A stretch of DNA of 64,000 bases from a virus. Lineage: Duplodnaviria > Heunggongvirae > Uroviricota > Caudoviricetes. This document shows positions 37,444 to 46,211 of this stretch, in pieces. The notes beneath the pieces were generated by a model that was not told the DNA's origin, searched no databases, and worked only from the letters and a program-made list of their open reading frames with translations. How positions within the stretch are numbered: the first letter of the stretch is position 1; the number at the start of each line of letters is the position of its first letter. Both the position numbers and the translations under genes were made by a program. Where the stretch lies: positions 40,203 through 104,202 of IMG/VR virus record IMGVR_UViG_3300013121_000035; one strand, 5' to 3'.

Positions 37444-38386
37444 AGGATTCAACGACACGCGACTGGGTGACCTGGACGACCTGTCCGTCCGCCAGCGGAT
37501 GATCCGAGCGGCCCTGGCCGCGCTGGGGGTCCTGCTCGGCATCTTCCTGATCTTCCTGATCCTGGTGGGCCTGTTCGGCCGCACCCAGGTCCCCCGCGGC
37601 GAGATCGGCCTGTCCTATGGCGGCGGCCTGATCGAAGGCAACGGCTTCCAGGGCATCAAGCACTCCGGCCCGAAGTTCTTCAACGGCATCGCCGACGCGC
37701 TCTACACCTACCCGACCGGCCAGCGCACCTTCGGCTTCGCTGACGACGACTCCGCCGACATCAAGGGCACGATCAAGGTCACCACCAAGGACAAGATCAC
37801 CATCGAGCTGCAACCCACCGCCTACTTCAAGCTCAACACCACCCCTGACGTACTGCGCCGCTTCCATGAAGACCTCGGCTACAAGACCCAGGCGTGGAAC
37901 TTCAAGCAAGAAGGCGGCGGCTGGGACGTCCTGCTGCGCGAGAACCTCCAGCGCCCCCTGGAGCAGGCCAGCGCCGCCGCCGCGCAGCGGTTCACCATCG
38001 ACCAGCTCCAAGCCCAAGGCACCGGCACGCTCGCGCAGGCGATCGGCGCGGACACCACCGCCATCGTCAAGGCCAACGTCGGCGCCGACTACTTCTGCGG
38101 GCCGAGCTTCAACCTGACCACCGGCGAGTGCCCACCGCTGACGGTCACCTTGAAGCCCATCAAGCTCCCCGCTGAGATCACCGCATCCGCCGCGCGGATC
38201 AAGGCGGCCGCCAACAACAAGCGCGCCGCGATCGACGAGGCCGCCGCGGTCAAGATCGCCGCCGGCTCCGGACTGACCGGCTACGCCTACGTCCTGAACG
38301 AAGCGCTCAAGGACGGCAAGGTCCAGGGCGTGTGGCCCGTGCCGGTGGGAACGGGCGTCACTGTCACCCCACCACGCCAACCATGA
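37433..38386 (+). CDS. SPFH/band-7 (prohibitin/HflK-like) membrane protein
   Basis: N-terminal TM segment LAALGVLLGIFLIFLILVGLF is followed by an SPFH-like core (VPRGEIGLSYGGG...GPKFFNGIADALYTYPTGQRTF) and an Ala-rich coiled-coil tail. Confidence 0.55.
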   Translation: MGSRGFNDTRLGDLDDLSVRQRMIRAALAALGVLLGIFLIFLILVGLFGRTQVPRGEIGLSYGGGLIEGNGFQGIKHSGPKFFNGIADALYTYPTGQRTFGFADDDSADIKGTIKVTTKDKITIELQPTAYFKLNTTPDVLRRFHEDLGYKTQAWNFKQEGGGWDVLLRENLQRPLEQASAAAAQRFTIDQLQAQGTGTLAQAIGADTTAIVKANVGADYFCGPSFNLTTGECPPLTVTLKPIKLPAEITASAARIKAAANNKRAAIDEAAAVKIAAGSGLTGYAYVLNEALKDGKVQGVWPVPVGTGVTVTPPRQP

Positions 38387-38637
38387 ACATCGACCGTGTC
38401 GAGTGGCGCATGTGGGCCGAGCCCTACGAGCAGGCGTTCTTCGTCGCCCTGTACGCCTTGGAGGGCGTCCACGACGAGCTTGACCGGGCCGGCCCGGACG
38501 TTGATCGCGCACTGCGGATTACTGAGGAGGCGGTGCGGACCCTGGAGCTGCTGAAGCGGTATCCAGGGCCGTGCCCCGCGCCGATCGAGGATGCTGGTGG
38601 GCCTGACGGCCGGGTCATCCTGCCTGAACGCCGATGA
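38383..38637 (+). CDS. hypothetical protein (84 aa)
   Basis: ATGA overlap with the SPFH stop. Confidence 0.4.
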   Translation: MNIDRVEWRMWAEPYEQAFFVALYALEGVHDELDRAGPDVDRALRITEEAVRTLELLKRYPGPCPAPIEDAGGPDGRVILPERR

Positions 38638-38840
38638 CGATCGAGCGCATCTGGTACTGCGAGGGTCCTGAGTGTCTGACACACATCCGCACCAGCCGAA
38701 CCAGCACGGTCCCGATCGGGTTCCTGTTGGTCACCGAGGGCGCCCACGAGGGCGACCAGGACCATCACTTCTGCGGGTGGGACTGCGTCATGCGCTACGC
38801 GGCCGCCCTGCCACCGCCGGAGGTCATCGAGCTGCCGTGA
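38634..38840 (+). CDS. Cys-rich small protein (68 aa) ending at an in-frame TGA
   Basis: ATGA overlap start. CEGPEC...CGWDC. The same frame continues as coding-like sequence after TGA 38838-38840. Confidence 0.45.
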   Translation: MTIERIWYCEGPECLTHIRTSRTSTVPIGFLLVTEGAHEGDQDHHFCGWDCVMRYAAALPPPEVIELP

Positions 38841-39206
38841 TCAACCCCGACTGCGCGTTTCGGCCGGGAGCTTCTCGTCGGCCCCAACGGCCCGATCGCT
38901 CCTTGTCACCGGGACGCCACCTGCAAGCTGGTCACCGACGAGTGCACGCTGTGGCTGTGCCCCGAGCACGACGCGGAACTCGGCGAGCAGGCCGACGCGC
39001 TCGTCGTGCGGACCCTTGGCGTGGACGCCGCGTACGCCAAGGGCTTCGCGCTCGGCCCCGAACCCACCCAGCGGTGTGAGTACTGCCCGCACCGCTGGGG
39101 CGACCACATGCTGGTCGCCCTGGACCAGGACGAGGTCGAGGGTGGCTGGATCGAGTGCGGCGAGTACTGGTGCAACTGCCGTGGCACTTTCAGCGTCTCG
39201 CGCTGA
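38841..39206 (+). CDS. Cys-rich protein, start unresolved (first canonical start GTG at 39006)
   Basis: High GC3 from 38841 onward in the frame of the preceding gene, with no ATG/GTG/TTG before 39006. CxxC-rich (CKLVTDECTLWLCPEH, CEYCPH, CGEYWCNC). Confidence 0.35.
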   Translation, partial: STPTARFGRELLVGPNGPIAPCHRDATCKLVTDECTLWLCPEHDAELGEQADALVVRTLGVDAAYAKGFALGPEPTQRCEYCPHRWGDHMLVALDQDEVEGGWIECGEYWCNCRGTFSVSR

Positions 39207-39238
39207 AATCAGCTCTGGCCGGCGCCGAGACTGCCAGC

Positions 39239-39625
39239 ATGAAACGCCTGTGGCACCACTACAGCCTGTCTATCACCCTGGCCGCCCTGTTCCTGGCCAG
39301 CTGGCTCGGGCAGTTCGTCTGCAACTGGCAGGAGTACGTCGACGACCAGGTCGCCCACGGTCACAGCATGAGAATCGGCGGAGACTTCTGGGCGTACTTC
39401 TGGGGCCGGACGTTCGAGAACTGGCAGAGCGAGTTCCTGCAGCTGCTGACGTTCGTTGTCCTGACCGCCTACCTGGTCCACCGCGGCTCGCACGAGTCCA
39501 AGGACTCCGACGAGCGGATGGAAACCAAGCTGGACGAGCTCAACCATCGCCTGCTGGTGTTCGAGGAACGCTTCGACCAGCGCGACGACATCCCGCCCAA
39601 GAACCGCACCCGCAGGATCACGTAG
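39239..39625 (+). CDS. 2-TM membrane protein (128 aa), locally lower GC
   Basis: Internal ATG (MKRLWHHYSLSITLAALFLASWLGQF...LLTFVVLTAYLV). Codon usage is more AT-rich than the neighbours. Confidence 0.45.
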   Translation: MKRLWHHYSLSITLAALFLASWLGQFVCNWQEYVDDQVAHGHSMRIGGDFWAYFWGRTFENWQSEFLQLLTFVVLTAYLVHRGSHESKDSDERMETKLDELNHRLLVFEERFDQRDDIPPKNRTRRIT

Positions 39626-39723
39626 CCCGGGTGGCGGGCCTTTGGGAGCGCAGTGCCGCTGCCGGACCCGCGCACGGTTGCCCCGACCCTTCCGGTGGTC
39701 ACCCGCCACCCGGACGTGGAAGT

Positions 39724-39990
39724 CTAGCGCCCCCCGATGCGCCACACGTGCACATGATCACGGTCGCCACCGTTCGCGGTGCCATGTTCGTCGACTCGCG
39801 CACCGCACGCGCACGTCACCGGGTAGCCGCGTTCGGCTTCGTTGGCCAGCTCCTGCAGTTCGCGGTCGGTGAGCACCTTGCCGGTTGTGGTCACGGCGCG
39901 CAGGCCAGCTTCGACGTCCAAGATCTCGGCGAGGTCGCGCAGCAATCTGCGGTGGCGCTCCGCCAGCCAACGATCGACGTCGTCAGCAGT
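39724..39990 (-). CDS. hypothetical Cys/His protein (88 aa)
   Basis: Internal ATG (MTADDVDRWLAERH...CACGARVDEHG...HVHVW). Confidence 0.35.
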   Translation of the reverse strand, partial: TADDVDRWLAERHRRLLRDLAEILDVEAGLRAVTTTGKVLTDRELQELANEAERGYPVTCACGARVDEHGTANGGDRDHVHVWRIGGR

Positions 39991-40274
39991 CATTCGTCCT
40001 CGCCGAGCAGCCGATCGGTCTCCGCCTTCAGGTCCCGGTAGCGCGGCGGCGGGCCGAGCGACAGCCAGTCCCGCCAGCTGAACGGCTTGGGTCGCTCGGC
40101 GAGGATGGAGAAGTAGCTGCCGTACCGCTCCCACAGCCAGCCGGCGATCAGGAACGACATGGCACTGACCGCTGCCATGAACACCGCCGCCACCCAGTAG
40201 CCCTCGCGGGCAGCCTTGAGCGCGACGACCAAGCCGATGACGCCGGTCACCAGCTGTGGCCATGCTCGTCTCAT
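39990..40274 (-). CDS. membrane protein (94 aa)
   Basis: VTGVIGLVVALKAA...WVAAVFMAAVSAMSFLIAGWLW. Stop overlaps the downstream start. Confidence 0.45.
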   Translation of the reverse strand: MRRAWPQLVTGVIGLVVALKAAREGYWVAAVFMAAVSAMSFLIAGWLWERYGSYFSILAERPKPFSWRDWLSLGPPPRYRDLKAETDRLLGEDE

Positions 40275-40492
40275 TGGGCGCCTCCATCACGATTGAAGTG
40301 GGTGCAACGATGCGGGGGAGCCGACATCGTCACACCCACTTCAACCACGGTGGAGCCCCCCACGTCACGAATGTCAGCGCGTCCGTCGCCTGCGACGCCG
40401 TAGTGACCCGTCCACTGTAGCGCGCGAACGAGACAACCCGTCTCACAACTCGGTCACGATTTGGTGTCCGAGTTGTGCCCAATGCGTGATGT

Positions 40493-40687
40493 TCAGCTGA
40501 GGCCGGCGAGGATGCGGTTGGCTTCACGCAGCGCCTGCAGGTGCTCGTGGGAGTAGCGCCGGGTGCGGTACAGCTGCCAGATCCGCAACCGCAGCTCCAT
40601 CGGCAGCGCGTACCAGTGCGCCCGGCAGGCGACCAGATGGCGCGCGATCCGCCTGGGGCAGTCGGTGCAGGGGCAGGGCTTAGCCAC
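40493..40687 (-). CDS. small Cys protein (64 aa)
   Basis: CPCTDCP...C. Track ORF. Confidence 0.35.
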   Translation of the reverse strand: MAKPCPCTDCPRRIARHLVACRAHWYALPMELRLRIWQLYRTRRYSHEHLQALREANRILAGLS

Positions 40688-40862
40688 GGCTGGCCTCGTC
40701 TTCGCACACCATGCACAACGGCAGCCGCGCAGCGCGCACCACCTGCGCCTCGCTTGCCAGGCCGCCGGTCACCCACACCCCACACAGCGCGGTGGTGGGG
40801 TCGCCGGGGCGGACGTAGTGGGCGTGATTGCCCGCCGCGGTGTAGCCACGCAGAAGTCGCAT
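40680..40862 (-). CDS. hypothetical small protein (60 aa)
   Basis: Track ORF. Overlaps neighbours by a few nt, consistent with translational coupling. Confidence 0.3.
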   Translation of the reverse strand: MRLLRGYTAAGNHAHYVRPGDPTTALCGVWVTGGLASEAQVVRAARLPLCMVCEDEASRG

Positions 40863-41029
40863 CAGTAGCTCGTTTCGATCCGGCGGGCGAGCAGCTCAAC
40901 GTCCTGCAGGCCCAGCAGTCGGGCTTCCAGCAAGTACATCGGGCCGCCGGCCTCGCCGGCGTGGATGCGGTTGCCAGCGTCTTGGGCGTCCACGGCGCGC
41001 AGCATCACGGTCACGACGTAGTAGTTCAC
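40862..41029 (-). CDS. hypothetical small protein (55 aa, below track cutoff)
   Basis: GTG start with GGGGAGCGG RBS. Very high GC3. Confidence 0.3.
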   Translation of the reverse strand: MNYYVVTVMLRAVDAQDAGNRIHAGEAGGPMYLLEARLLGLQDVELLARRIETSY

Positions 41030-41211
41030 AGCCGCTCCCCGCGCAGCAGCGCCGCACCCCAGGTGACCTCCACCGGCGTCTCGCCGAAGAAGCCGCGGAA
41101 CAGGTGCGGCCCGTCGGTGTCGTGGTCAGGGGAGCGGGCGCACAGCAGCACGACCGGCAGGTCTGGCAGGGGCAGGTTGTGCCCGCAGCGCGGCTGGTCC
41201 AGCTCGTGCAT
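41026..41211 (-). CDS. hypothetical small protein (61 aa)
   Basis: Track ORF. GTGA overlap with the downstream gene. Confidence 0.3.
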   Translation of the reverse strand: MHELDQPRCGHNLPLPDLPVVLLCARSPDHDTDGPHLFRGFFGETPVEVTWGAALLRGERL

Positions 41212-41291
41212 CCGCCCCCCCGGTCAACGCGCGTCCGTGCCGACAAGAATATGCCCATGCGGCGTATCAACGACAATCCTGCCACCAAAGA

Positions 41292-41318
41292 AGAACGCCC
41301 CCGCCGTGGCGGGGGCGT
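41292..41318 (-). terminator. intrinsic terminator for the 41333..41767 gene
   Basis: aacgcccccgcc-gtg-gcgggggcgtt forms a 12-bp perfect stem. On the minus strand it is followed by a TTCTTCTTT run. Confidence 0.6.
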
Positions 41319-41332
41319 TGGTGTGTGGCTGG

Positions 41333-41767
41333 TCAGGCGCTGACGGGCTTGGTCACGCGGAAGTCGAAGCCGCCGGTCTGCTGGACCAACACGAAGGCAC
41401 CCGTGGTGCCAGGCAAGACGTCTTCAGACAGCTGGGTGGTGCCGTTGCCCTGGCCGTTGGTGGTGAGCTCGGCCTCGGCCGTGAAGCAATCCTCCCCAGA
41501 GGGGATCTGCACCAACGACACCGAGTAGGTCGCGTTGGCCGCGCCGTCCTTGATGCTGACGGTCGCGCCGACCTTGCCGGCGTTGTTGAAGTTGATGACC
41601 GCGAACGCGTTGGTGTCGCTGCCGGCCGTGGCGCCGATGTTGCAGGAGCCCGACGGCGAGGACAGCAAGGTGACCTTGCCGGCGCCCTGCGCGTTGGCGG
41701 TCGCACCGAACAGAGCGAGGGCGAGCGCGCCGGTGAGCGCGGCCGCGATGGTGAGACGACGAAGCAT
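41333..41767 (-). CDS. secreted hypothetical protein (144 aa) with signal peptide
   Basis: ATG with GGGAGG RBS. MLRRLTIAAALTGALALALFGATANA-QG is signal-peptide-like. Gly/Ala/Thr/Asn-rich mature part with two Cys. Confidence 0.5.
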   Translation of the reverse strand: MLRRLTIAAALTGALALALFGATANAQGAGKVTLLSSPSGSCNIGATAGSDTNAFAVINFNNAGKVGATVSIKDGAANATYSVSLVQIPSGEDCFTAEAELTTNGQGNGTTQLSEDVLPGTTGAFVLVQQTGGFDFRVTKPVSA

Positions 41768-41870
41768 GGGACCTCCCGAATAGGACCGGATGCCGGGTGG
41801 CAGCAGTCTCGCAGAACCACCCGAACCACGCCAGGAGGCCGAGCGTGTCAAACGGTCAGTCGCTCGGGCG

Positions 41871-42179
41871 TCAGCATCCTTGCCCCTGCGCCCGACGGGA
41901 GAGCACCTCACGAGCGATCACTTCCAGGAGCGGCGCGACGTTGACGCTCTCATACTTGCGCTTCGTGGCGCAGTCGGTGCACGCATCAACACCGGGCGCG
42001 ACCTCGATTCGCTCACCCAGCGGCGAGCCGCAGATCGGGCATCGGCCGTCCGCCAGGCGCTGGCGCGCCCAGCGCAGCTTGAGCTCGTCCATCGACTGCA
42101 TGGACTCGTAGTGGCGCTGCCAGCCCCACGGCGGCTCCCCGACTCCATCCCAGCGTTCCGGCACCCCGACCCCCGTCAC
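41871..42179 (-). CDS. zinc-ribbon protein (102 aa)
   Basis: CPICGSP...CTDC. Confidence 0.4.
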   Translation of the reverse strand: MTGVGVPERWDGVGEPPWGWQRHYESMQSMDELKLRWARQRLADGRCPICGSPLGERIEVAPGVDACTDCATKRKYESVNVAPLLEVIAREVLSRRAQGQGC

Positions 42180-42323
42180 GTCACCGGCGCCACTCCATCG
42201 TCAGACACACCGCGCCGACCATGCCGACGACCACCCCGATCAGCGTCCACTTCCAGTACGGGCCGGCGCGCCAGCACGCCGCAACCACAACGGCCGTTAC
42301 CGCCAGCGCTGTCAGGAGCCGGC

Positions 42324-42737
42324 TCACGGCAGCACGATCCGCGGCCGCATGAACTGCGATGTTGGCTGACCCATTGCCCGCACGGTCGCCAGCGCGGTCA
42401 GCGCACGGATCAGCTGCACCCCGAGCTCCGTGGCGGCCAGCTGGATCAGCAGCGAGATTACCGGCGGGTCGCCGTGTGCGGGGATCTCCAGCTCCGCGTC
42501 TAGGTCCGCCCGGTCCCACTCCAGCTGCACCCCACCGTCAGCGACCGGGATCAGGTACGGGCGGGGCAGGCCCGCCTCATGCACCGCGTCGATCAGCAGC
42601 GGCAGCAGGCTTCGGGTCACCGGCGCCATCGGCTTGGCACCGTAGGAGTCCCAGTTGTCTTCCAGGCGTTCCAGCTCACCGATGCGCGCGGCCAGATCCG
42701 CCGGGTGCCAGATGTCAGGGTAGTGCTCCACGCTCAT
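42324..42737 (-). CDS. hypothetical protein (137 aa)
   Basis: Internal ATG (MSVEHYPDIW...) with GGGGGGGG RBS. The long 408-aa track ORF upstream of it is low-complexity. Confidence 0.45.
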   Translation of the reverse strand: MSVEHYPDIWHPADLAARIGELERLEDNWDSYGAKPMAPVTRSLLPLLIDAVHEAGLPRPYLIPVADGGVQLEWDRADLDAELEIPAHGDPPVISLLIQLAATELGVQLIRALTALATVRAMGQPTSQFMRPRIVLP

Positions 42738-42908
42738 GACCGGCCCCCCCCGTGGGATGCAAACGAACACGCCGGGAAGGACCGTTCCCATTTGCGTAAA
42801 GCCCCCGAGAACGGACGGGGGAGTCCATCGTATATCGTCTGGTCCGGGTTTGTCGTCAGGTTCTTCGGTTCCGGCATGATGTGAGCCACACCGACACGGG
42901 GGGCGGCA

Positions 42909-43172
42909 ATGAGCTACCGAGCCGACGGCGACCAGGTCGACCACCTGTTCCTCGAAGCGTTCGACCGTTGCGACCGCATCGAGGTCGCCTTCGGCCACGA
43001 CCAGTGGGTCATGGCCTCCATCACCTGCCCCCACGGCGTCTGGCAGGCCGAGAGCGACGGGCTCGTCATGGGCTTCAGCCAGTCGCTGGCTCGCGCGCTG
43101 CACGGCATGGCCGCCGAGCACCCGAACCCCACCGACCATCCAGACCCAACCGCACCAACCGGACCAGCTTGA
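42909..43172 (+). CDS. hypothetical protein (87 aa)
   Basis: ACGGGGGGG RBS. Track ORF. Confidence 0.4.
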   Translation: MSYRADGDQVDHLFLEAFDRCDRIEVAFGHDQWVMASITCPHGVWQAESDGLVMGFSQSLARALHGMAAEHPNPTDHPDPTAPTGPA

Positions 43173-43310
43173 CACGATCAGCAGGCTTCGGCAGGCTGCG
43201 GACAACGACAGGGATGGCTGCACGGTGGCCGTCCCGGCACCAGAGACACGGTCTCCAAGGGCCGCTCCCACACCACGGGGGCGGCCCTTGCGGCATTCAG
43301 GGGGGGGACC

Positions 43311-43505
43311 TTGAGCGAAGACACCATCACCGAGGTGGAAACCGCCACGTACACCGTCGAGCAGGCCGCCAAGAAGCTCGGGATCAGCCGCAGCCTCGCC
43401 TACCAGCTCGCCCAGGAGAACAAGCTGCCCGTGCTGCGCCTGGGCTGGCGGCTGGTCGTGCCCAAGGTGAAGCTCGACGCGATGGTCGCCGGCGAGCCGT
43501 GGTGA
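43311..43505 (+). CDS. excisionase-family (MerR-like HTH_17) DNA-binding protein, possible recombination directionality factor
   Basis: YTVEQAAKKLGISRSLAYQLAQENKLPVLRLGWRLVVPKVKLDAMV matches the Xis/AlpA-type HTH pattern. TTG start after GGGGGGG. Confidence 0.5.
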   Translation: MSEDTITEVETATYTVEQAAKKLGISRSLAYQLAQENKLPVLRLGWRLVVPKVKLDAMVAGEPW

Positions 43506-43506
43506 G

Positions 43507-44136
43507 ATGCCCGACGTTGTCGTCGCCAACCGGGCGGCCCGCCACGCCAACCGGCGCGCCCGCTACGACGGCCGTCACGCGCGCCACCGGCGACGTCGGT
43601 TCCTGAGTGCCGGCTGGCTCGCGCTGGTCGCCGGGGTCGTGCTCACCGGCGTCGCGTTCGCCGTCCAAAACCAGCCGACCAGCCCGCTGCGCACCCCACC
43701 AGCACCCAACCTGATCGCCAACGGCGGCGTCGAAGGCGGCACCCGCGGCTGGCAGGCCGTCACCCCGACCGCGACGATCGCCCAGATCAACGGTGGCCAC
43801 AGCGGCCGCGCCGCGCTGCGCCTGGCCACCGCCGGCCCAGCCCCGATCGTGCGCTACCGCAGCGGCTTCGGTGGGCGTGCCGGCGTCGTCGTCCAGACGG
43901 TCGTGTGGATCAAAGCCACCCCAGGCCACCGGGTCTTGCTGCGCCTGGTCGAATACCAACGCGGCACCCCCGGTGCCGCCGACCAGGTTGTGCGGGTCGC
44001 CGGCACCGGGTTCCAACGCCTGGAAGTGCTGCACACCATCACCCGCCCCGGCGCCGAGCTCGTCCTGGAAGCGGGCCTGGCCGACGACGGCGCGCAGGCC
44101 GCCACCCTCGACGACGCGTTCATGCGCGGCACCTGA
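43507..44136 (+). CDS. membrane-anchored protein with CBM4/9-like beta-sandwich domain (209 aa)
   Basis: Arg-rich N-terminus and a TM segment (WLALVAGVVLTGVAFAV). NGGVEGGTRGWQA...LVEYQRG resembles CBM_4_9 starts. Confidence 0.4.
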   Translation: MPDVVVANRAARHANRRARYDGRHARHRRRRFLSAGWLALVAGVVLTGVAFAVQNQPTSPLRTPPAPNLIANGGVEGGTRGWQAVTPTATIAQINGGHSGRAALRLATAGPAPIVRYRSGFGGRAGVVVQTVVWIKATPGHRVLLRLVEYQRGTPGAADQVVRVAGTGFQRLEVLHTITRPGAELVLEAGLADDGAQAATLDDAFMRGT

Positions 44137-44149
44137 CAGGAAGGACCCG

Positions 44150-44359
44150 ATGCAGGCCCAGTACGTCCGCACCCACCGTGGCCGCAAGATCCACCACCGC
44201 GACTGCCGGTTCCTCCACGCCGCGGCGGTGGCGCCCTGGCCGTGGGCCAACGGGCGCACCCCAGAACAGATCCACGCCCAGCTACGCGAGATGGGCCTGC
44301 TGAACCAGCTCAGCTTCTGCCGGACCTGCTTCGCCCCGTGGATGCCGCAGCTGCTGTGA
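44150..44359 (+). CDS. hypothetical small protein (69 aa)
   Basis: AGGAAGGA RBS. CRF...CRTCF. Confidence 0.4.
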   Translation: MQAQYVRTHRGRKIHHRDCRFLHAAAVAPWPWANGRTPEQIHAQLREMGLLNQLSFCRTCFAPWMPQLL

Positions 44360-44501
44360 GCCGCGCCTTGGCTTCCTCGATCGAGTGGGCCGCGTAGGTC
44401 CCCGGGTGCTTGCGGGCGACGTGGCGCTGCAGCGCTGCTGGTGAACGGTAGTCCCGGGAGCAGTACAGGCAGTAGTCCTCATCCAAGATGTCGTACGCCA
44501 T
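44310..44501 (-). CDS. C2H2-like zinc-finger protein (63 aa)
   Basis: CLYCSRDYRSPAALQRHVARKH. Overlaps the 3' end of the convergent + gene. Confidence 0.3.
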   Translation of the reverse strand: MAYDILDEDYCLYCSRDYRSPAALQRHVARKHPGTYAAHSIEEAKARLTAAAASTGRSRSGRS

Positions 44502-44504
44502 CGC

Positions 44505-45059
44505 TCACCGCGCCGCCGTCAACGTCGTGTGCATCAGCTTGTGCAGGTGCTTGTGGACCGCGCCACCAAGGTCGCCATCGCCGTAGTCCGGTGGCATGAA
44601 CTCCTGCATCGTGACCAGCTCCCCGCCCCGTTCACGGATCAACCAGTAGTCCTCTTGTTCCCGGTCAACCCCGAACACGAACCGCAGCTCCACCCGATCA
44701 GGATGCTTGTAGACCTCACGCTGCAACGCCGTGGCGACCTGCTCAGCAGGCGAGGCGCTGGTGCGGTGGGCGAACAGCCCCCACGCCTCGTGGATCATCA
44801 GCCACGCCTGCAGCTCCCCGAACGGCCGCAACGCCTTGGGCACCCCGTACTGCAACCGCCGGCCCAGCTTGGTCAGCCGGCGCAGCGCGTCCAGGTGGGT
44901 GCCGCCCGGCCCGGCGAGCTGCGTGAAGTCGGGGACCTCCAACACGTCGTAGGTGGGCAGCACCCCGAACAGCCGGTAGCGCTGCTGGTCCCACCCGCCA
45001 CGGTCCACGTCAGCCTCCACGCGGCGCATGGTGCGCACGAGCGTCTGGTCGCGGTTCAT
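44505..45059 (-). CDS. hypothetical protein (184 aa)
   Basis: Track ORF. Last gene of the long leftward array. Confidence 0.45.
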   Translation of the reverse strand: MNRDQTLVRTMRRVEADVDRGGWDQQRYRLFGVLPTYDVLEVPDFTQLAGPGGTHLDALRRLTKLGRRLQYGVPKALRPFGELQAWLMIHEAWGLFAHRTSASPAEQVATALQREVYKHPDRVELRFVFGVDREQEDYWLIRERGGELVTMQEFMPPDYGDGDLGGAVHKHLHKLMHTTLTAAR

Positions 45060-45511
45060 GAACGTGGTCCTGGTCGCCGGTAGCCGTACAGCGCCGAAGG
45101 CGCGTCCGGCAGCTCCACCAGGTCTGGCAGCGCGTCGATCGGCAGGCGGCCGTCGAGTCGGCCGACGCTACCGGCCCAGGCGTACAGCCAGGTCAGGAAC
45201 GGCTCGAACAGCGGGCACACCCAGATCTGATGCTTGTGCAGGTCCGCAGCTGCCAGGCCGCCGGGGCGAAACAGTGCCCCCTCGCCGGTCTCCAGGTCCA
45301 ACACCAGTAGCGTGCCGCGCTCCCAGCGCGGCTGGAGCAGCAGGTAGGGCTGCGGTGCGACCCCAACCTTGGCCAGGTGGACCAGGTCCTCCTCGGTGTG
45401 CTGCTGGTCGACCGGCAACGCGCTGCGCCGGCCAAGCTCATGGTCGAACTGGCCGAGCAGGAACTTGCCGTGGTTGAAGCCGTTGGTCGCCTCGATGATC
45501 TTGGTCTTCAT
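45056..45511 (-). CDS. hypothetical protein (151 aa)
   Basis: Internal ATG (MKTKIIEATNGFNHGKFLL...). Confidence 0.4.
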   Translation of the reverse strand: MKTKIIEATNGFNHGKFLLGQFDHELGRRSALPVDQQHTEEDLVHLAKVGVAPQPYLLLQPRWERGTLLVLDLETGEGALFRPGGLAAADLHKHQIWVCPLFEPFLTWLYAWAGSVGRLDGRLPIDALPDLVELPDAPSALYGYRRPGPRS

Positions 45512-45684
45512 CGCTCGTCCAACATGCGCCGGATCGCCGCGATGAACACGGCCAAGCCCACCCAGACCCCGCCGACCATCGCCGGCTCCCACCGGCGGGC
45601 CAGGATGCCAACGGCGAGCCCGACCAGCCCGCCGACGAACAGGATCGCCTGCAGGCTGTCGGAATGCAGCCGGTCGGTGCTCAT
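45508..45684 (-). CDS. 2-TM membrane peptide (58 aa)
   Basis: ILFVGGLVGLAVGILARRW...VGGVWVGLAVFIAAI. Confidence 0.35.
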   Translation of the reverse strand: MSTDRLHSDSLQAILFVGGLVGLAVGILARRWEPAMVGGVWVGLAVFIAAIRRMLDER

Positions 45685-45953
45685 TCGGCGTGGTCCTTGC
45701 ACGACGGGTCCTCGACGATCGTCATCTGGATCGCCTTGTCGCTGACCTTGGTGCTCACGTAGATCCGATGGCCGTGGTTGCACTTGGTCGCCACGTTCGG
45801 GTAGCCGTCGGGGAAGTTGATGATCTCCCCAGGGCTGTCATCGGCGGGGCCGACGGGCGCGTCGCCGCGGCCACGCTGCGTCTTGTAGTCCTCGCTGCAG
45901 CCGGCCGTTGCGAGCGCGGCGACGACCAGGACGGCAAGCATCCACTGCTTCAT
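45681..45953 (-). CDS. putative secreted lipoprotein (90 aa)
   Basis: MKQWMLAVLVVAALATAGC-SED N-terminus is lipobox-like. Four Cys in the mature part. Confidence 0.45.
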   Translation of the reverse strand: MKQWMLAVLVVAALATAGCSEDYKTQRGRGDAPVGPADDSPGEIINFPDGYPNVATKCNHGHRIYVSTKVSDKAIQMTIVEDPSCKDHAE

Positions 45954-46001
45954 CTGGGCTCCTTCACGGCGTCGTTGAACGTTGGGTCATCTCGATGGTC
46001 T

Positions 46002-46211
46002 TCATGCCGGCAGCGCCTTCCAGTCCCGCTCGGCGAGCCACTCGTGGGTGACGGGCATGTGGACGCTGATGACGTGCGTTACCAGCGTCTGGTGCAGCAC
46101 GGTCGGCCGGCGCAGCACCACGACCGCGTCCGGCGCGTCGACCCGCTGGCTGGTGTCGCACGGCTCGCTGACCCACTGGCAGTGCAGACAGCACACCCGC
46201 ACCTGGTTCAT
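46002..46211 (-). CDS. Cys-rich small protein (69 aa)
   Basis: ATGA overlap with the phosphoesterase stop. VCCLHCQW...C. Confidence 0.3.
   Translation of the reverse strand: MNQVRVCCLHCQWVSEPCDTSQRVDAPDAVVVLRRPTVLHQTLVTHVISVHMPVTHEWLAERDWKALPA

Noticed and set aside
42324-43550. 408-aa minus-strand ORF
   Set aside because: Only the last 137 aa (from ATG 42737 with RBS) look protein-like. The upstream 270 aa are low-complexity and overlap plus-strand genes 42909..43172 and 43311..43505.
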